Origin: Paramecium tetraurelia
Lineage: Eukaryota
Length of the DNA stretch: 64,000 bases
Assembly (NCBI GenBank): GCA_000165425.1
Contig: CT868108.1
Coordinates: forward strand, 310,001 to 374,000
Direction: 5' to 3'
A program made the translations under genes and the position numbers. This document shows, piece by piece, positions 24,424-39,033 of the stretch. Below the pieces are notes generated by a model. It worked only from the letters and a program-made list of their open reading frames with translations, was not told the origin of the DNA and searched no databases. How positions within the stretch are numbered: position 1 is the first letter of the stretch; each line of letters begins with the position of its first letter.

Positions 24424-25530
24424 ATGTAGGTTTCAATCGAGATTGCAACATGGACTCACAACAATCATGGATTATTCGATTATGAATCAAAAGAATTGAA
24501 GACTTCTAAAATAAATGTGAGAAACACAACTAACTTAATATTGAATGGTAAGCTATTGCATTGATATTAAACAGAGGAAAATACTGACACCATTGTATAA
24601 TCTGATAATGTTGGTGGCGATTGCATTGGCTCAATAAGTTTTGAAGGCAATTCAATATGTAAATTGATAATGCATTCGTAGATTTTAAAAGTAATCCAGA
24701 CTTTTAAGATGCATATGTGAAATTAGACCCAAAATAAAAATAATAGTTATAAGCTGGAGACCTCTTTAAATTTGGAAGAATGTAAAATTTACTCTAAAGA
24801 TAAGGGAATATTTTGTTTCAGAGTTAAACAACGGAGACAAAGTATGGATGGCCGAAGACCATTACAATTTAGAAAGACATATTAAAATACAAAAGAAGAA
24901 AGATCCAAGACAGTGTAGGTTTTGTCTAATGGATGATTAAGAGTAAACAGAGGACCCAAAAAATCCATTTCTCTAAGATTTGTGTAGTTGCAAAGGATTA
25001 ATGGCATATGTTCATTTTGAATGTCTGAAGTCATGGGTTAATTTTCAAAATAGAATTTCATGCAAATAAACCTAGAAACACAGTTCAATATCATTGGAAT
25101 AAAGTCTTGGAATGTGATGTATGATATTTAAATTCAGGTAGGTATGTAAAGACCCCCTTCCAGCTCGAGTCTATATTGAGAATCAACCTGAACCCTCCTT
25201 TAGATGATTTAAATGGAGAAATTAGATGGTCCCTACATCATACTTGAGTAGATCACTCGACAGGAGAGTCTATCAAAAAGTCTGACATTTATGCATGCTT
25301 TTGGAACATGTTCTGTATCGATAGGCAGAGGACACAACAGTGAGATTAGATGTCAAGATATATCAGTCTCAAGAAATCATGCAAATATCTCATATGAAAA
25401 ATTCTGGTACATCTAAGATCAAGGCAGCAAGTTTGGTACTTTGAGGATCATTCAAAACAAACTACAATTACTAAAGGAAGTTTAAGAAATATAAATTGGA
25501 AGAGTCTTGCTCAAGATAAAAATAATTTGA
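24424..25530 (+). CDS. FHA + RING-CH (RINGv) domain protein, with apparent small indels at ~25077 and ~25195
   Basis: TWTHNNHGLFDYES N-terminus, AGDLFKFGR, RINGv CRFCL...CSCKGLMAYVHFECLKSW...CDVCK, and FHA IGRGHNSEIRCQDISVSRNHA...DQGSKFGT. Confidence 0.88.
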
Positions 25531-25628
25531 AAATCATTTATATATATTAATATATTATAGTTAAAAATGAACAAAATTCTAAGATATATTTACAATTGTA
25601 GATATAATAGAGAAGTAAACTCTGAATA

Positions 25629-26467
25629 TCATTTCAGTTTGTAGGCCTTCATTATTAGATAGTCATGAGATGGTTTCCGAATGACACATTATTTTTGTTG
25701 TTTGCCAGCAATGTAAATTTATTTTAAAATGGTTAAAGGGACAATATTTTTGATTGAGGGGAGTGATTAAATGAAATGTTGAGTACTTTTCAGGAGAGAT
25801 CTCTGAGTGTCAAGCTAATCAACTTAAAAGCTTTCTCTTTGAGTCGATGGTAAATTAATCATCAATTAAGTATTCATAGAGGAGTATTGGGCTTTAATTT
25901 TTTTTTCATTTATTTATTTTATTTTAAATTCCTTAATTATTGTTTATTTCTTCTTTTATCCTTATCTTGTGAATGAGAGTAACTTTATATCAGAAGATAT
26001 TGCTTGTTGAGTACGAACTTCAAAATCATCATGTTTCCTTTCGAATTTAGTTTTTATACCACATCCTCCACAATTACAACTCTTCCTTCTGCACATCTCT
26101 TTAACTCTTTTAATGATTTTATGATGATATAATTCCATGCTATCTGTAAATAATATTGTTTTTTCTCTCTCCCTTCTACTTGGTCTAATCCTTACATTCT
26201 TATCATTCGACAATAAACACATATGATAAAGTATGCTTTTGGATCTGTACCCTTAAAAATACAACTTCAAATTTAAATGTTACCTTCCTCAATCAGTGAT
26301 TTAGGGATGCTTTTAGTGTGTAAGTAAGGACGATTATATAGGCTTAAACTAGTAGATGCTAGTGTTGTCGAAGGTCTATAAGACCTTGCATCACAGGTTT
26401 CTTGATTGTCTGATTCTTCATTTAGTGTAGTAAATCTTGATGAATGATGGGAGTGCTTATAGAACAT
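25629..26467 (-). CDS. hypothetical basic low-complexity protein
   Basis: Two ORF-track fragments joined by a short intron, continuing through Gln-coding TAA/TAG to TGA 25629-25631. Contains CNCGGCG. Confidence 0.6.
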
Positions 26468-26694
26468 TTATTAATTAGCTCTATGACAAAATTATTGAAT
26501 ATAAATTTATTAAGATTTCCAGTATACTTTACTCTGCTTTTAAGAAGACATTTATTCATTCGATTGATCACAGGAATATTCTTATACATAGCAATGAGTA
26601 CAAAATAGATAATTAGATTTTCACATAATTATTTTAAATATGAAATTAAAATTAGTAAGACACCGAAGGGCCAATCTCAAAATTAAATCAATTA

Positions 26695-29600
26695 ATGTTA
26701 ACAGATGAACCCATAGGTGAAATTTAAGATTTTCTCAATTATTCATTATCCGATGGATGCTTCTCAATCCAAGGTTCAAAAGTCAACACCAATAACAACA
26801 TTCCTAGTTAAAGTTCTAAACACAAAGGGCATGAATCAAAAAGAGTTACGTTTGACTCCTCTATTAACAGTCCAACAACTTAATTTTTGATGATTCGAAA
26901 AAGCTAAAAATCTTCAGATCCTCAATAATTATAACATCAACAACAACAAATATTCAGCGTAATCTAATTTTGTTTTATCAAACGATTCATTAACAGAATC
27001 AGCTGGAAAAAGAAAATCAACTCATAATTCAACCTTTATTAATATAACATCATTCGAGATTTAGGGTCTTCTTTTAATTTAAAACTCTTTCGTGATAGTG
27101 CATTAAATTTGAAGCCCATGATCAGCTAATTTAGTCAGTCTTCTGATGGGTTGCAGTAGATTATCAAAAAAAAGTATGAATTGTCTTACTATATTTTATA
27201 GGGAATTGTCCAAAAAAATAAAAAAGTAAATTACACATTTAAGGACATGCAAAGATAATTTAATTAAAAAAATTGAATAGGAAATAGAAAAGATTCCACT
27301 GATTACACCTGAATCTCGTTTGAAAATAGTGTGGGATTGTGTAGTAATGTTAAGTAGACTCTATTTTCTATTTACAATACCAATCGATTTGGCATGGAAT
27401 AAATATAAAATTATATACGGAGAGCTCTATCTTCCAACAATTTTAATGATTCTCCTATTGGTTTTTGATTTCATTTTGAGTTTTAATAGTTCATTTTATT
27501 AATTTGGATAAATAGTAAGTAATAGAGCAACAATTGCTAAGAATGTAATAAGTAAAAGTTATGGATTGGAAGCGATATCAATATTAATTTTAATTATTTA
27601 CGCCATCATTTCTAATTCCTCTTAAGAAGAAGAATTCAATCTGTTGACAGAATGGTGGGATTTATTAATGCTATTGTTTTATGTACAATGTAGGAATATT
27701 CCTAAACTGATTAGTCAAGTCGAGGAAACCCTAAATTTGTCAAAGCCAAGTAGTTCTCTATTGGAATTATTTAAATTATTGTTAGTGTTGTTCTTTGTTT
27801 TACATTGCTACTCATGTCTTTGGTATTTTGTAATTTATTCCATTTAATTTTTGATTAGGTTGGTTATTACAGTTACTTGTATTCAGAAAAAGGGAGCTGG
27901 TTAGAATTCTACCACGTAGAACATGAAACTTGGCAAGTGCAATATTTGTATTCATTTTACTTCTCGACTGTTACAATGTTTACAATTGGTTACGGAGATG
28001 TTGTACCTATCAGTTATTTAGAAAGAGTAATTGCCATTCTGTATATGATGATCTGCAGTATTCAACTAAGTTACAGTGTCAGTACTGTTGGTGCAATAAT
28101 TGATACCATATCCGCTTATGGACAGGAGAAGATGCGAAAAATGAGAAAGATAAATTCTTATATGCAAAATAGAAAGATTGAGTATTAATTGCAGTATCAG
28201 ATTAGAGAATACTTGAATTATTACTGGGAATCATAAAATCAAGTTGAGAATGATGAACTCAATGAAATCATTAATTAATTATCAGAGAATCTCAAAGAGA
28301 AATTGATGAATTAATCAAATTCTTTGATTTTAAATGAATGTCCTTTATTTCAACATAATTTTAGTGATGCGTTGAAATCAAAATTAGTAAACAAAATAAA
28401 ATAAGCAGTAATTTAACCTGAAAATATTATAAACTTTGATTCACTCTTTCCTCAATCACCACCAGGTTAATTGTTTGTTTGTTTTGTTGAATTTGGAGAC
28501 ATTCAAATCTTTATTCAAAATGATTCAATTGATCAAGTACTCGATAACCCATAGATTGCTGAAGTTTTTAAGGTAGGCAAAGGTTCTAGCTTGGGTATCA
28601 TCAGTTTCATAAGTGGTAAGCAATCTTAGGAAAGATTCAGGAGTGTCGGGTTTTCAAAATTGCTATTGCTATCAAGAGATGACTTTTTAAAAGTTATACA
28701 GGATTTTCCAGAAGATTACGAGAGATTTAGGAATCTTTATGATAGTCTATAATTTGATGACATAAGTGTGTTACAAATGAAATGTTTTAGTTGCAATTCA
28801 AAAAATCATAGAGTTATTTAATGTCCATTATTACATTACATACCTGACAGAGAGCTGATTCTAAAAAGATATTGTTACAGTAAGCCTTAAAATAGAAATT
28901 CTAAATATGAACGAAATCCTTTTAGATAGAGAGGTTACTTTGCAGCTCGCTTTGACTAAGAAGTCATAGAATAAGAAGCAAATTCATTTAATAATAATAA
29001 TTGGAAGTGGGCAGAATTTTATGAAGAACCAGAAGAGGATCCTTTAAAGAAAAGTGAAATTCAATAATAATAAATTGCACCAATCTTAGAATAAAGTAAT
29101 TCAAACTTATAGGCTTAATAATAATAATTATAATAATCGCAAAGTCTGGTTCTTCCCATCTAACAAGTAACAGATTAAACCTCTAAAGTCAATTTAGAAC
29201 CACCATCAATTAAGAAAAAGGCCACTTTATTCAAATAGAGAACAAAAACAATTGAATTATTAGACATTGATGATAAATAATTGAAAGCATCGCTTATGAG
29301 TAAAGCTAGAAACTAGAATATTTTCAATAATAATCTTATGATAATAACGGAAGAGGAGAATCAAGAGAATTCTCCAAAGGGAAAACACACTTAAAGCAGG
29401 GCATCATTTAGTTTAGATATGTATAGGAAGAAACCTAAGGAGGGTATTCAGAAAATGAAGAAAGTAGTTTAAATGATTACTAATATGAATAGAATGAAGA
29501 AAAGACCAAAATAAAAAAAGGAAACTAAATCTATTTTCAATCAATTCCTTGGAGTACTTCAATCTTAGCAATTTCTCAAGGGAATCTAATAGAAAGTGAG

Positions 29601-30087
29601 AATTAGAATAAAACAAATATAAGATGGGAAGAAATAAATATTATAAGAGAAAGATATTTAAGATACGATGTTGTTAGAGATTAAGATAAAGATGTAAATA
29701 GAGCAATTAAATGAATATTAAAAGAAGGATTAAGAAATAGTAATGGAGTCGTATAAAAAATATAAATAATATTAGATTTAAAATAATTTAGATTAAATTT
29801 TAGAAAAGATATACTTTTATAAACAATAACATACGTTGAATAATGAATTAAAGAGTTACTAATCTAAACTATTAAAATATATGATTTATCCAGAAATATT
29901 TTTTGAAAAATACAGATATTAATAGGTGATAATTCCAAAATTTGAAATTGAAGAATCAAGAAGAGGATCAGATTAAGATATTGAACAGACTTTGAAGAGG
30001 AGTCGCATGCTTAAAAAGAGTTTTAGAAACTTAAAATTGTCTCAAATCAGGCCAATGTCTGATGGTACTGGAAAGTTTTAGATGTGA
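26695..30087 (+). CDS. 6TM potassium channel with cyclic-nucleotide-binding-like domain (EAG/CNBD family)
   Basis: Pore YFSTVTMFTIGYGDVVP, S1 KIVWD, S5 FFVLHCYSCLW, C-linker LQYQIREYLNYYW, CNBD-like region, post-CNBD zinc knuckle CFSCNSKNHRVIQCP. Confidence 0.95.
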
Positions 30088-30183
30088 TTCATCATAATAA
30101 TAGTATTCATTTATATCGATAAAAATATATTAATACTCTGCGTTTATTTTTGATGTAAAGATAGAAAGCTAAATAATTAAATT

Positions 30184-32148
30184 ATGAATAATTAATAGAG
30201 TAGGAACTTCGTTGGAAAGAAGATTGATGATTATATACTTGTAGATGTATTAGGCACAGGAGCCTTCGGATAAGTAATACATTAATGTAAATTAATTAAG
30301 GTTTTCTCGGCTTAGAATATCATTACTAAGGATTCTGTGGCCATCAAGTCAGTGTCTAAAGCTAAATTGTAATCGATTTGATATGATAGTTATTTAGAAA
30401 AGAACATAATGGCTTAGTTGGATAATTACTAAAGACAGAAGTTTAAGTACTTGCTTAATGCAGCAATATTAATGTGGTTAAGATGAATAAGTATCTGGAA
30501 AGCGAGAATAATTGCTATTTAGTAATGGAATATTGCAATTGTAATCTAATTTATTAATGCCAATTTAGAAGGAGATCTTGAATAATTGTGGAAGAAAAAG
30601 AATAGAATAATCCCAGAGGTAGAGGCTATCTAATACATCAAATAGATATTAAATGGCATGAGAGGGTAAAACAAATAAAAGATTATAGATTGCACGAAAT
30701 GAATGTTATTCATAGAGATTTAAAATTGCCAAATATACTAATCTCTAATAATGTTCTAAAAATAGGAGATTTGGGTTTTGCTAAAAGAATGGAGAGTTTA
30801 GACGGAGTAGTCAAAGAAGCATTAGGTACATTAGGCACCATGGCACCTGAAATCATTGAGTTCAAACCATATGGAATTCTTGCTGATATGTTTTCCATTG
30901 GAGCCATTTACTATCAAATGCTCTTTGGAGTTCTCCCATTCAGTATCAAAAGCTACAATGATTTCTTGAAAGATGTCAAATCAAGTATCTTCTATAGTAT
31001 TATTCTTTAAGATTAGCCTAACTTTTCAAGAAATAACATAAAAATATCTAAGGAATCATAGGAATTATTAATTCGAATGCTAAATCCAGAACCTAAATTA
31101 AGATTGTAATGGAATTAACTATATGAGTCTCCATTATTTTCCAATTAAGTTGTAAATCCAGGTACTAATATAAATTAATTTTATCTAGCCTTATGTTAGT
31201 TAACAGTAGAATAGGTAGTAGCTAAATAAGTAGATTTGAAAATGAATAAGCAAGTCTATTAGCAAAACTAATAAAAATTTGACAACATCAATAATTAGGA
31301 TATGATAAAGAAGCTATAATTTGATGTTCCAAATTTAGAGCACAAATAAGTTTAGGATAATTCTAATGATGAGAAACTATTATAGGAGGCTCTTAAATAA
31401 AAGCAAATGTAGCAGTAGAAGACGAATGATCTAAACAATGTGTTTGAGAAATATCTTAATGAAAGAAATACTCTTGTATTTTTAGGCACTGTTCTTCATG
31501 AAATTCATTAGAGGAAACATACCCAAAACACTAATGTAATTACTTTGAATATTTTAGGTGTTTCTTCCTGCCTTCATTATTTCAAAGAAATTAATTATTG
31601 AAATGAATCGCTTCTTGGAAGTACTAAGATAATAGAGAAATATCTATCAATGTGCATATTTCTTTGAACTTTACACTTTCCCTTAATTTAATGCCTTTAT
31701 TAAGTTATGTGAAGAGGATTTCTAAATTCAGATGGCTCATTATAATGTGATACAATAACAATTACAGTATCCTCTATTTTATATTTAGAACTATCCTATT
31801 TCAAATGTAAAACTAAGCTAATGAAAAATATATATCAGAATTATCACCTGCACCTTCAGGATAATTTGAAGAGAATTATCGAGATATCTTGATTAATTAT
31901 TATATGTAATTATAGGATGAAAAGGGTTTAAATGACGATTAAGACAATGCTATAAATAATTTGTCTATTTATATTTTAGATACAATATTATTTGATAAGG
32001 AAGTTAAAAGATAAGTAATGCATTCCTTTTATTATTTTAGTTATTAAACCAGAAAGTTGAGGACTATCTCGATAAGTTCAATTTCTTGACTTGCAAGGAG
32101 AAGGATGAAATGATCGCTTAAAAATTTTAGCAAATATATTCATTTTGA
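30184..32148 (+). CDS. Ser/Thr protein kinase (ULK/Atg1-like ciliate expansion)
   Basis: LGTGAFGQV, VAIK, IHRDLKLPNIL, KIGDLGFAK, GTLGTMAPE, DMFSIGAI. Many short introns and a helical C-terminal extension. Confidence 0.93.
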
Positions 32149-32460
32149 AATTTATATCAAATTAGTTCAAATCCCAATCTTAAGGAGATCTTGATAATAT
32201 CTAGGATCTCTCTGAATATGGAGGATTTTTATATTCGTCATTATAAAATTAAATTTAATTATTTGAATATTAAATTGGTTTCTTTTCCCACAGATTTCTT
32301 AAATCCCATAACCACAATGGGGGACCTAATTAATGTAAGGAGAGGCACTTTTAGTTGTATTAAATTTTCTTAGTTAATACAAAATCATTTATGATTATAT
32401 TATAGGATTTTAATAACCTTTAGGATTGAATTATATTTAATTAATTACCCACTTATAATT

Positions 32461-35400
32461 ATGAATAAAATTGTTCTTTAGACAAAGGCATTTTACATTC
32501 AAGATTTCCTGAATGTTAAGGAAACATGGAGAAAAAGTTATTTAATTGCTATTGTCTTGCTATTGATTGAAAATATACAACTGGTCTCAATATACACAAG
32601 CGATATAATTCAATTTGAATATGACTAATTTTTGATACATATCAGAGGTGTTATTGACTTCTGTAGGTGAACTTATATTAAATATTCCTTAGATTCTATA
32701 CTATTTTTGGAAATTCGAACCTCATCAAATCAATTTTTGTAATTTTTGGTTTTGTTTTGCAAAGCATATTTCTTATATTGATATTGTATCCTCTGTTGAA
32801 CATCAGAATATTTATACAAAAGAAACAATAACTCAAATTTTTAACTTTAGAATAGGTATTATAATAATTGAGTTATTAGTCAGGTGAATCTAACAATTCC
32901 AGCAGACATTTGTTGAATTGGATCGTTTCAATTTACTTTTAAGTTAACCTAAAAGTGCTGCACACCCCATTTCTGTTTTGTGGTATTAGTTTACTAACAG
33001 ATATTTTTGAATCTTGTATTAATTTGTAATTATTCAGAAAGTTTAAATTCTTTAGAATCTGTAGGTTTAATATTCAGTATATTATTGATAACATAATAAA
33101 TATTAATTGGATTATTCATTCACTTACATTAATTTGAGTACAGAATGAAGTCCTATGACTTTTTGGGGAAATTTTAAGATCAGAAAATGAATTTCCTGCA
33201 GGGATTTTAATTATTGTACATATTTTAGATAGATAGAATATTAGAATAATACTATTATCTGGAATACAGCTACAATCATTAGTAGTTTAAATATTTGGAG
33301 TCATTTGTTAAATAATAAGGATAATATATAGTTACGATCAATAAATTTTTGTAGATTATAGAATATCTAGATTCAATTTCTAAATTACTATCTTCTGTTT
33401 GATCTACTAATTGATTTTGATTTTGTGCCAATATGGATAGCCATAATTAAAAATAAGTGTCGTTTTGTTATTGTTAATCTTCTATCCTTTAATATTTTTT
33501 ATTGCAAATGAACTAATAATGAAGCAGGATCTTAAGAATGCCAACTTTAAACACACTCATCTTGAGAAACAAATAAGAAGATTGTATATAATATTCAAAG
33601 AGCAGGTGGACTTAAAAAAGCAATAAAGATTGTTGGATCCAAAACAATCCTTATAAATATATACATTTATTTCAAGTCATCTAAGAGAATGTAAATTGTA
33701 GAGGGATAGAAAAGCTTAAAAAAATATTAAGTTAAAATATAAATGTTTTTGTACAGATTTTTTTAAAGATGATGATACATTTTAAAGTTTAGAGTAGATG
33801 AAGCAATTTGCTAAGGAATTAATTGGGTAGACATTAGAAGATGAAATAATTGAAAACTAAGACATCGATTTAATCTTAATATATATTTATTTCTTGGTTT
33901 AAATTAAGAAGGTTCCAACATAAGCAATATATGAAGTGATTAGATTGTCTATGATGTAAAAAGTAAAGAATTATTATGATTAAATTAGGAATAAACATTA
34001 AAGTAATAAGCAATAATAAGAAAATTGAAACATGATGCACTTGATAAATTTTCTGAATTAGTTAGAAAGAATGATCTAGTAAATTAGAAATTTGTATTTA
34101 AAAAAGTATATCTATATGAAGAATCTTTGAATGTGTTAAAAAGCAATCTTTAGACTATTGTTAAATAAGAAAAAGTATGTATTCAATATAATTTAGGACT
34201 TTTATGCTTGTATTCTCACATAAGTGATTGATATAGATTTAATAGTAAATATTGGTTTTAAACTTCTTGAGAATATTAAGGTACTCGAAAAGTAATTGCA
34301 ATTATTATACAAAACGAACCCATAAAATAATGAGTGTGATACAATCTACAATATATTTCACAAATACATTCATTACAATAAGTTGAGACCCAAATTATAT
34401 AGGAGAGATGGCTAAATGATGTTGCAATTCTTATAATCGAGTGAAAGAATAATCTATGATCCAGGTAGCTGTGTAATATAAATTACATTGCTCCAACCTA
34501 GGGGAAATGTTATCAGATACACCAGGACTTTTCAAAAGGCTATAGGTTACAAAGATGAAGAAATTTAAGATCAAAATATCAATAGATTTATGCCCTAAAT
34601 TATTGCCAACGATCATGATTTATATTTAGATAATTTTGTAGAGAGAGGCAGAATCAACGTTGTTCGAAATGCAGTTAGAGTGATTTTAGGGAAAACCAAA
34701 TCGCAGTTTGTTGTTCCAATCAATACAAGATTAAGACTAGAAGCCAGCACTACTGAATTTGGTGCAACTGCTCTAATAACACCAGTCAATTTCACATACG
34801 GATATATGATGTTAAATGAACAGGGCTAAATTGAAGAATTGACAAAGAACTTATTTGATGATGTATTCGAGAAATATTTAGGAGTTGAACTTGAATCTGT
34901 TAGAGGATTAGACTGTTTAATTTTTATTCCAGAATTAGCCAAAATTTGGGAGAGTCTTTTTAATGAACACTTTGAAAAACTAGACAAACGATTAGAATGC
35001 CATTTAATACTTCCTTAGTTATTTAGATAGAACTCTAAAAGTTTACAAAGTTCAAGGACTACTGTAGTAAGCAAATCATTATTACAATAAAATATCATTA
35101 GATCATTAGAAAATTATCCATAAGATAATGTCATATACTAAATATCATTACATCTCACGAGTCTGACCACAATTAATCTAAGGTTATATTGTTATTTATC
35201 ATAGATTAGTCATTTTAGAAATGCCAGAATACAAGCAGATATAAAACTAAAAAGTAACTAGTCGATAACTAATTTAATTAAGACACAGATCATCATAATT
35301 ATTAAACTATTCAACTTAAAATGATGTATATACATAGAAGGCTGACCTGTTGACTTCAGCAAAAGATATATTATTTAATAGAGATATAGATGAGTGTGAC

Positions 35401-37435
35401 TTAGAATATGAGAATGCTATTGAAGAAATAAAAATGGTTGAGGATTTAAGAAATCAATTGGCATAAATTAATATGATTAATACTGCTCATAATCAAAACT
35501 CGAGTAAAAGACTGCTTTAGAGTAGTGATAATTTTTTTGAAGAAAGGGTTATTGAACTTAGACAGAATATAAATATATCAGAGAAAAGCAATGATTTGAG
35601 TGATAGTGAGTCTGAATTCAAATAGAGGATTTAAGAATAGAATCTATAATATAATTCTGGGTCAGTTGGGAGTAGATCGTCCTAAAATAATACTACAGCT
35701 TTGAAAAGATAAATGAAGGATTGTTTATCAGATAATAGAGGTTTGAATGTTCAAACCAAATTATTTTTATTATCTACATACATTTTAGTTATTGTAGGAT
35801 ATTTTGTGAATTATTTGATATTATATTTCTAGTTTGAAAGTATCAATTAAGACTAGAATTATGAATAACTTCCATTTTAATTTTCTTATTTTTATAATGA
35901 ATTCGTTATAGCTTAGTCATATATAAATGCTGACGATTTCCAATTTGGAAAACTAAGTGAGGTAACCTTAGAGTTTTTTGTGGATAACATCAAAGATATT
36001 GATTAAACAATAGCAAGATTGCCACATATTAATACGATTAACAATTTAACAATGAAAAGCAGGATGATAATTATTTTATCACAACTATCGAAAGTGTAAA
36101 GAATGAAGGAAGAGATACTTTATTCAGATTTTGTGAATAACACAGATTAGTTTAATACTCAATTCGAGATCATATAGAGTGTCCAGTCTATCAATTATTC
36201 AAATGATCTAGGAATATAGTAAATCTTAATGATTATATATTTAGTGTTCTGATTGAAGAGCTAGTGTTAATAATATTTCTAACTAGATATATTTATCTAT
36301 GTGTTAAAATAATTTAGATGAAAACTAAGATATTTAAATTGTTTTGCACTTTCTCTAAGGAAGTCATATAGGAATAGTTTCTACAATTTAGTTCCTTATA
36401 CAATTAGTTAAACAATACAAAGTTTAAGAATCACGAAACTGATGAAGAGCAATTTGAAACAACAATGATGCGTTAATACCAAAAAACAGTCACTTCCAAC
36501 ATGTTAGATAAGCATAATAAAGTTGGAAAGCAGATTTCATATAAATGTACGTAATATTTTAATATACTTAAATAGAAACAAATTCTGCTTAGATTTTCTT
36601 CTTTTTATTTATCTTTATTTATGCGTTTATGTGTTCCTTTTACTTCATTGGCAGTTATATATTATAAAAAGAGACTTTATCGACAGTCTCTGCAAGATAC
36701 AACGAAAAAACCCAATTTGAGATAACCAACAATTACCTAGCGTTGTCTTATGCTGAATAGGCTATTATATTGAATTAGACCATTTAATAGGATGGTATAG
36801 ATAGATAAAATAAGACTGTTGAAGTCTTGAAATCACTTACAACGAATCTAGCTCAATATTAGGAAAGTTCGAATACTGAAATTTATGATATTCTGTCTAA
36901 TAGCATTTGTCAATTACTCTTCAAATCCTAGTACGATATCATATTCTAATTTATTAGCCAGTACAGTTATGAGGAGTATTCCAATCTATTTAGTTTTGAA
37001 TAGTGTCAATCTTATTCCAATCTCGAGAAAGGCTTAACTTTTGTTGTTTAAGAATTATATTCCTATCAATTCGAGTTTTTGCAATTACTTTAAATTAATA
37101 ATTAATCAATCTATTCTTATTAAGAGTTCCTAAAGAATTCTTAAACATAAGTCTAGAGAGTATATGCTTAGTATGCATTTCTAGTGATAATTGAAATGTT
37201 GAAAAATAAAATTAAGACATTGGTCACTTCAACCCTTGTAATAAATTCGATAATGCTTGGATTTGCAAGTATTATCATGAGTGGTGCGTTATTGATAACA
37301 ATGAAGACGATTGAAAAAGTAAAGGAACAATACAAACAAAGTAAGTAATTGCTCACCCTATTTCCATTTGACAGACTGATGGAAAATGCATATGTTGTAA
37401 GTTTCATTAGTTAAGACTTACATTTTTCGGTTTGA
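32461..37435 (+). CDS. large multipass membrane protein with PAS-like domain (TmcB/TmcC-like ciliate family)
   Basis: About 1600 aa. N-terminal TM bundle, helical region, PAS-like INRFMPQIIANDHDLYLDNFVERGR, GSVGSRSS linker, further TM segments, and C-terminal LLTLFPFDRLMENAYV. Confidence 0.8.
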
Positions 37436-37527
37436 TATTATTTTATAATAATTTTAATTCTTTTATCAAATGATTTCTTTATAAAAGATGTGTGATTATG
37501 TGATGAAATGAACTTAGATAAAAACAA

Positions 37528-38784
37528 TCAATTTTTCATTGCATTATTAATCCTGCGTTCTATGAAATTTTCCTTTTTCTTCTCAACTTTTTATGCCAAT
37601 TTCTTTCTAAATATTTTCTGAAATTGTTTAGCAGGACAATAATCATCCTATTATTGAGTAAAGTCCTTCATTCCTGTAGATGTGAATTATCCATCAAAAG
37701 ATGGAGTGGTTTCATATTTCTAATTATAGGTATTATGTATATAGTACATGATGTGTTGGCTTTTGAGGACTTCTTGCTACTTTGAAAGGCTAAAAGTTTT
37801 ATTGACTTGTAGTCATTCCCACAAAAGGACCAGTTGGCATAGGAGAACTTTGATAATGAGGTATTGTTTACAGTTCACTTTTAAAGTAATTTTGACTTTC
37901 CACCTTCCAGCTATTTGGGGGAACAAAGGAATCCTAATATTAAGTTTTACCAATGAATTTGATGTCGGTGCTTGTACTTATATGAGGATATCTACTAAAT
38001 CTCTAATAGTTGTTGCCCCAATTACTATAATTAGACTAAATATAGAGTAAGATCATACTCTGTAGCTAGTCAAGTTGGACATGGATCCCAATTACGGTCT
38101 GTAGGGAGGTTTGAAACTCTCAGTGGATTGAATTGGCATTTCCTTATAGTCTTGTTGATGAGATGTAGTAAAATCAATTGTCTTTTAATCGAGAAACTTT
38201 GTAGCATATGTCTTAGAATTCAAGGGTGTTAGATTATTATAGCTTGATTTATGGGGAATGAAATCCTTATCATAAACAGTTAGAAAAGATCCATTTATCT
38301 TTAATTTAACTTAATTCGAGACATCACATCTGCATCTACCACATTTGCATCGATAGCATGCACAAAATCCAAGATGATGATAAAAATAATCTGGGTTATC
38401 CTCCAATAATCTCTCTAAAGTTTACTCATCTAATGGCATATTATCTGGCAATATCTATCTCCAAATGGGATCTTCGGGACTTATCTGATCTAAAACAAAT
38501 GGATCGAATTCATAGCAAAGATCATTTGTTGTCTTAGCTGGTGCTATGCTTGACAATTATTCTATTTTCTTCCCATTCCTACCAATATGAACTATTCGTT
38601 TTGCACCATTGCTTCCCACTTAAGACTACTAAGAAGGAGGGCGTTATTATTATTGGGATATTATATTTTTGTTGCTGCGATTTGATTGTATACTTTTTGG
38701 ACGATATGATCCTACAGAGTCGCTTGATTTAATTAGATTTGATTGTTTTGGCCGTAATAATTCTGCCACAGGATCAGTGTACAT
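37528..38784 (-). CDS. SAXO/STOP-domain microtubule-stabilising protein
   Basis: Cys-rich CACYRCKCGRCRCD followed by repeated T-Y/H-x-x-D-F/Y motifs (TVYDKDF, TSHQQDYK, TSYRVNY-like, TTPSFDG) and a terminal CPAK. Confidence 0.72.
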
Positions 38785-39033
38785 AAAAAAATAATTGAAT
38801 AATGAATGTATTTATTATGTCGATTTATAAGTCATAATAAAATTTATATTATAAACATTTGTGCATATCTTCAACCAAATAAAGAACTAAACATGATGTT
38901 AGAATTGTGTTTCGTCATATCTTCTGGAATGTCTTTCATCTTCTTTCTTTTAATAAGATTTTTATTTTAATATACAAGAATTCATAATTAATTTACATTA
39001 TTGATTAAATCAACCCCAGACTAATTTATATGA

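Noticed and set aside
30760..30785. DLG instead of DFG in the kinase as a sign of a pseudokinase
   Set aside because: The catalytic Lys, HRD, Asn and the Mg-binding Asp are all present, and DLG occurs in active kinases.
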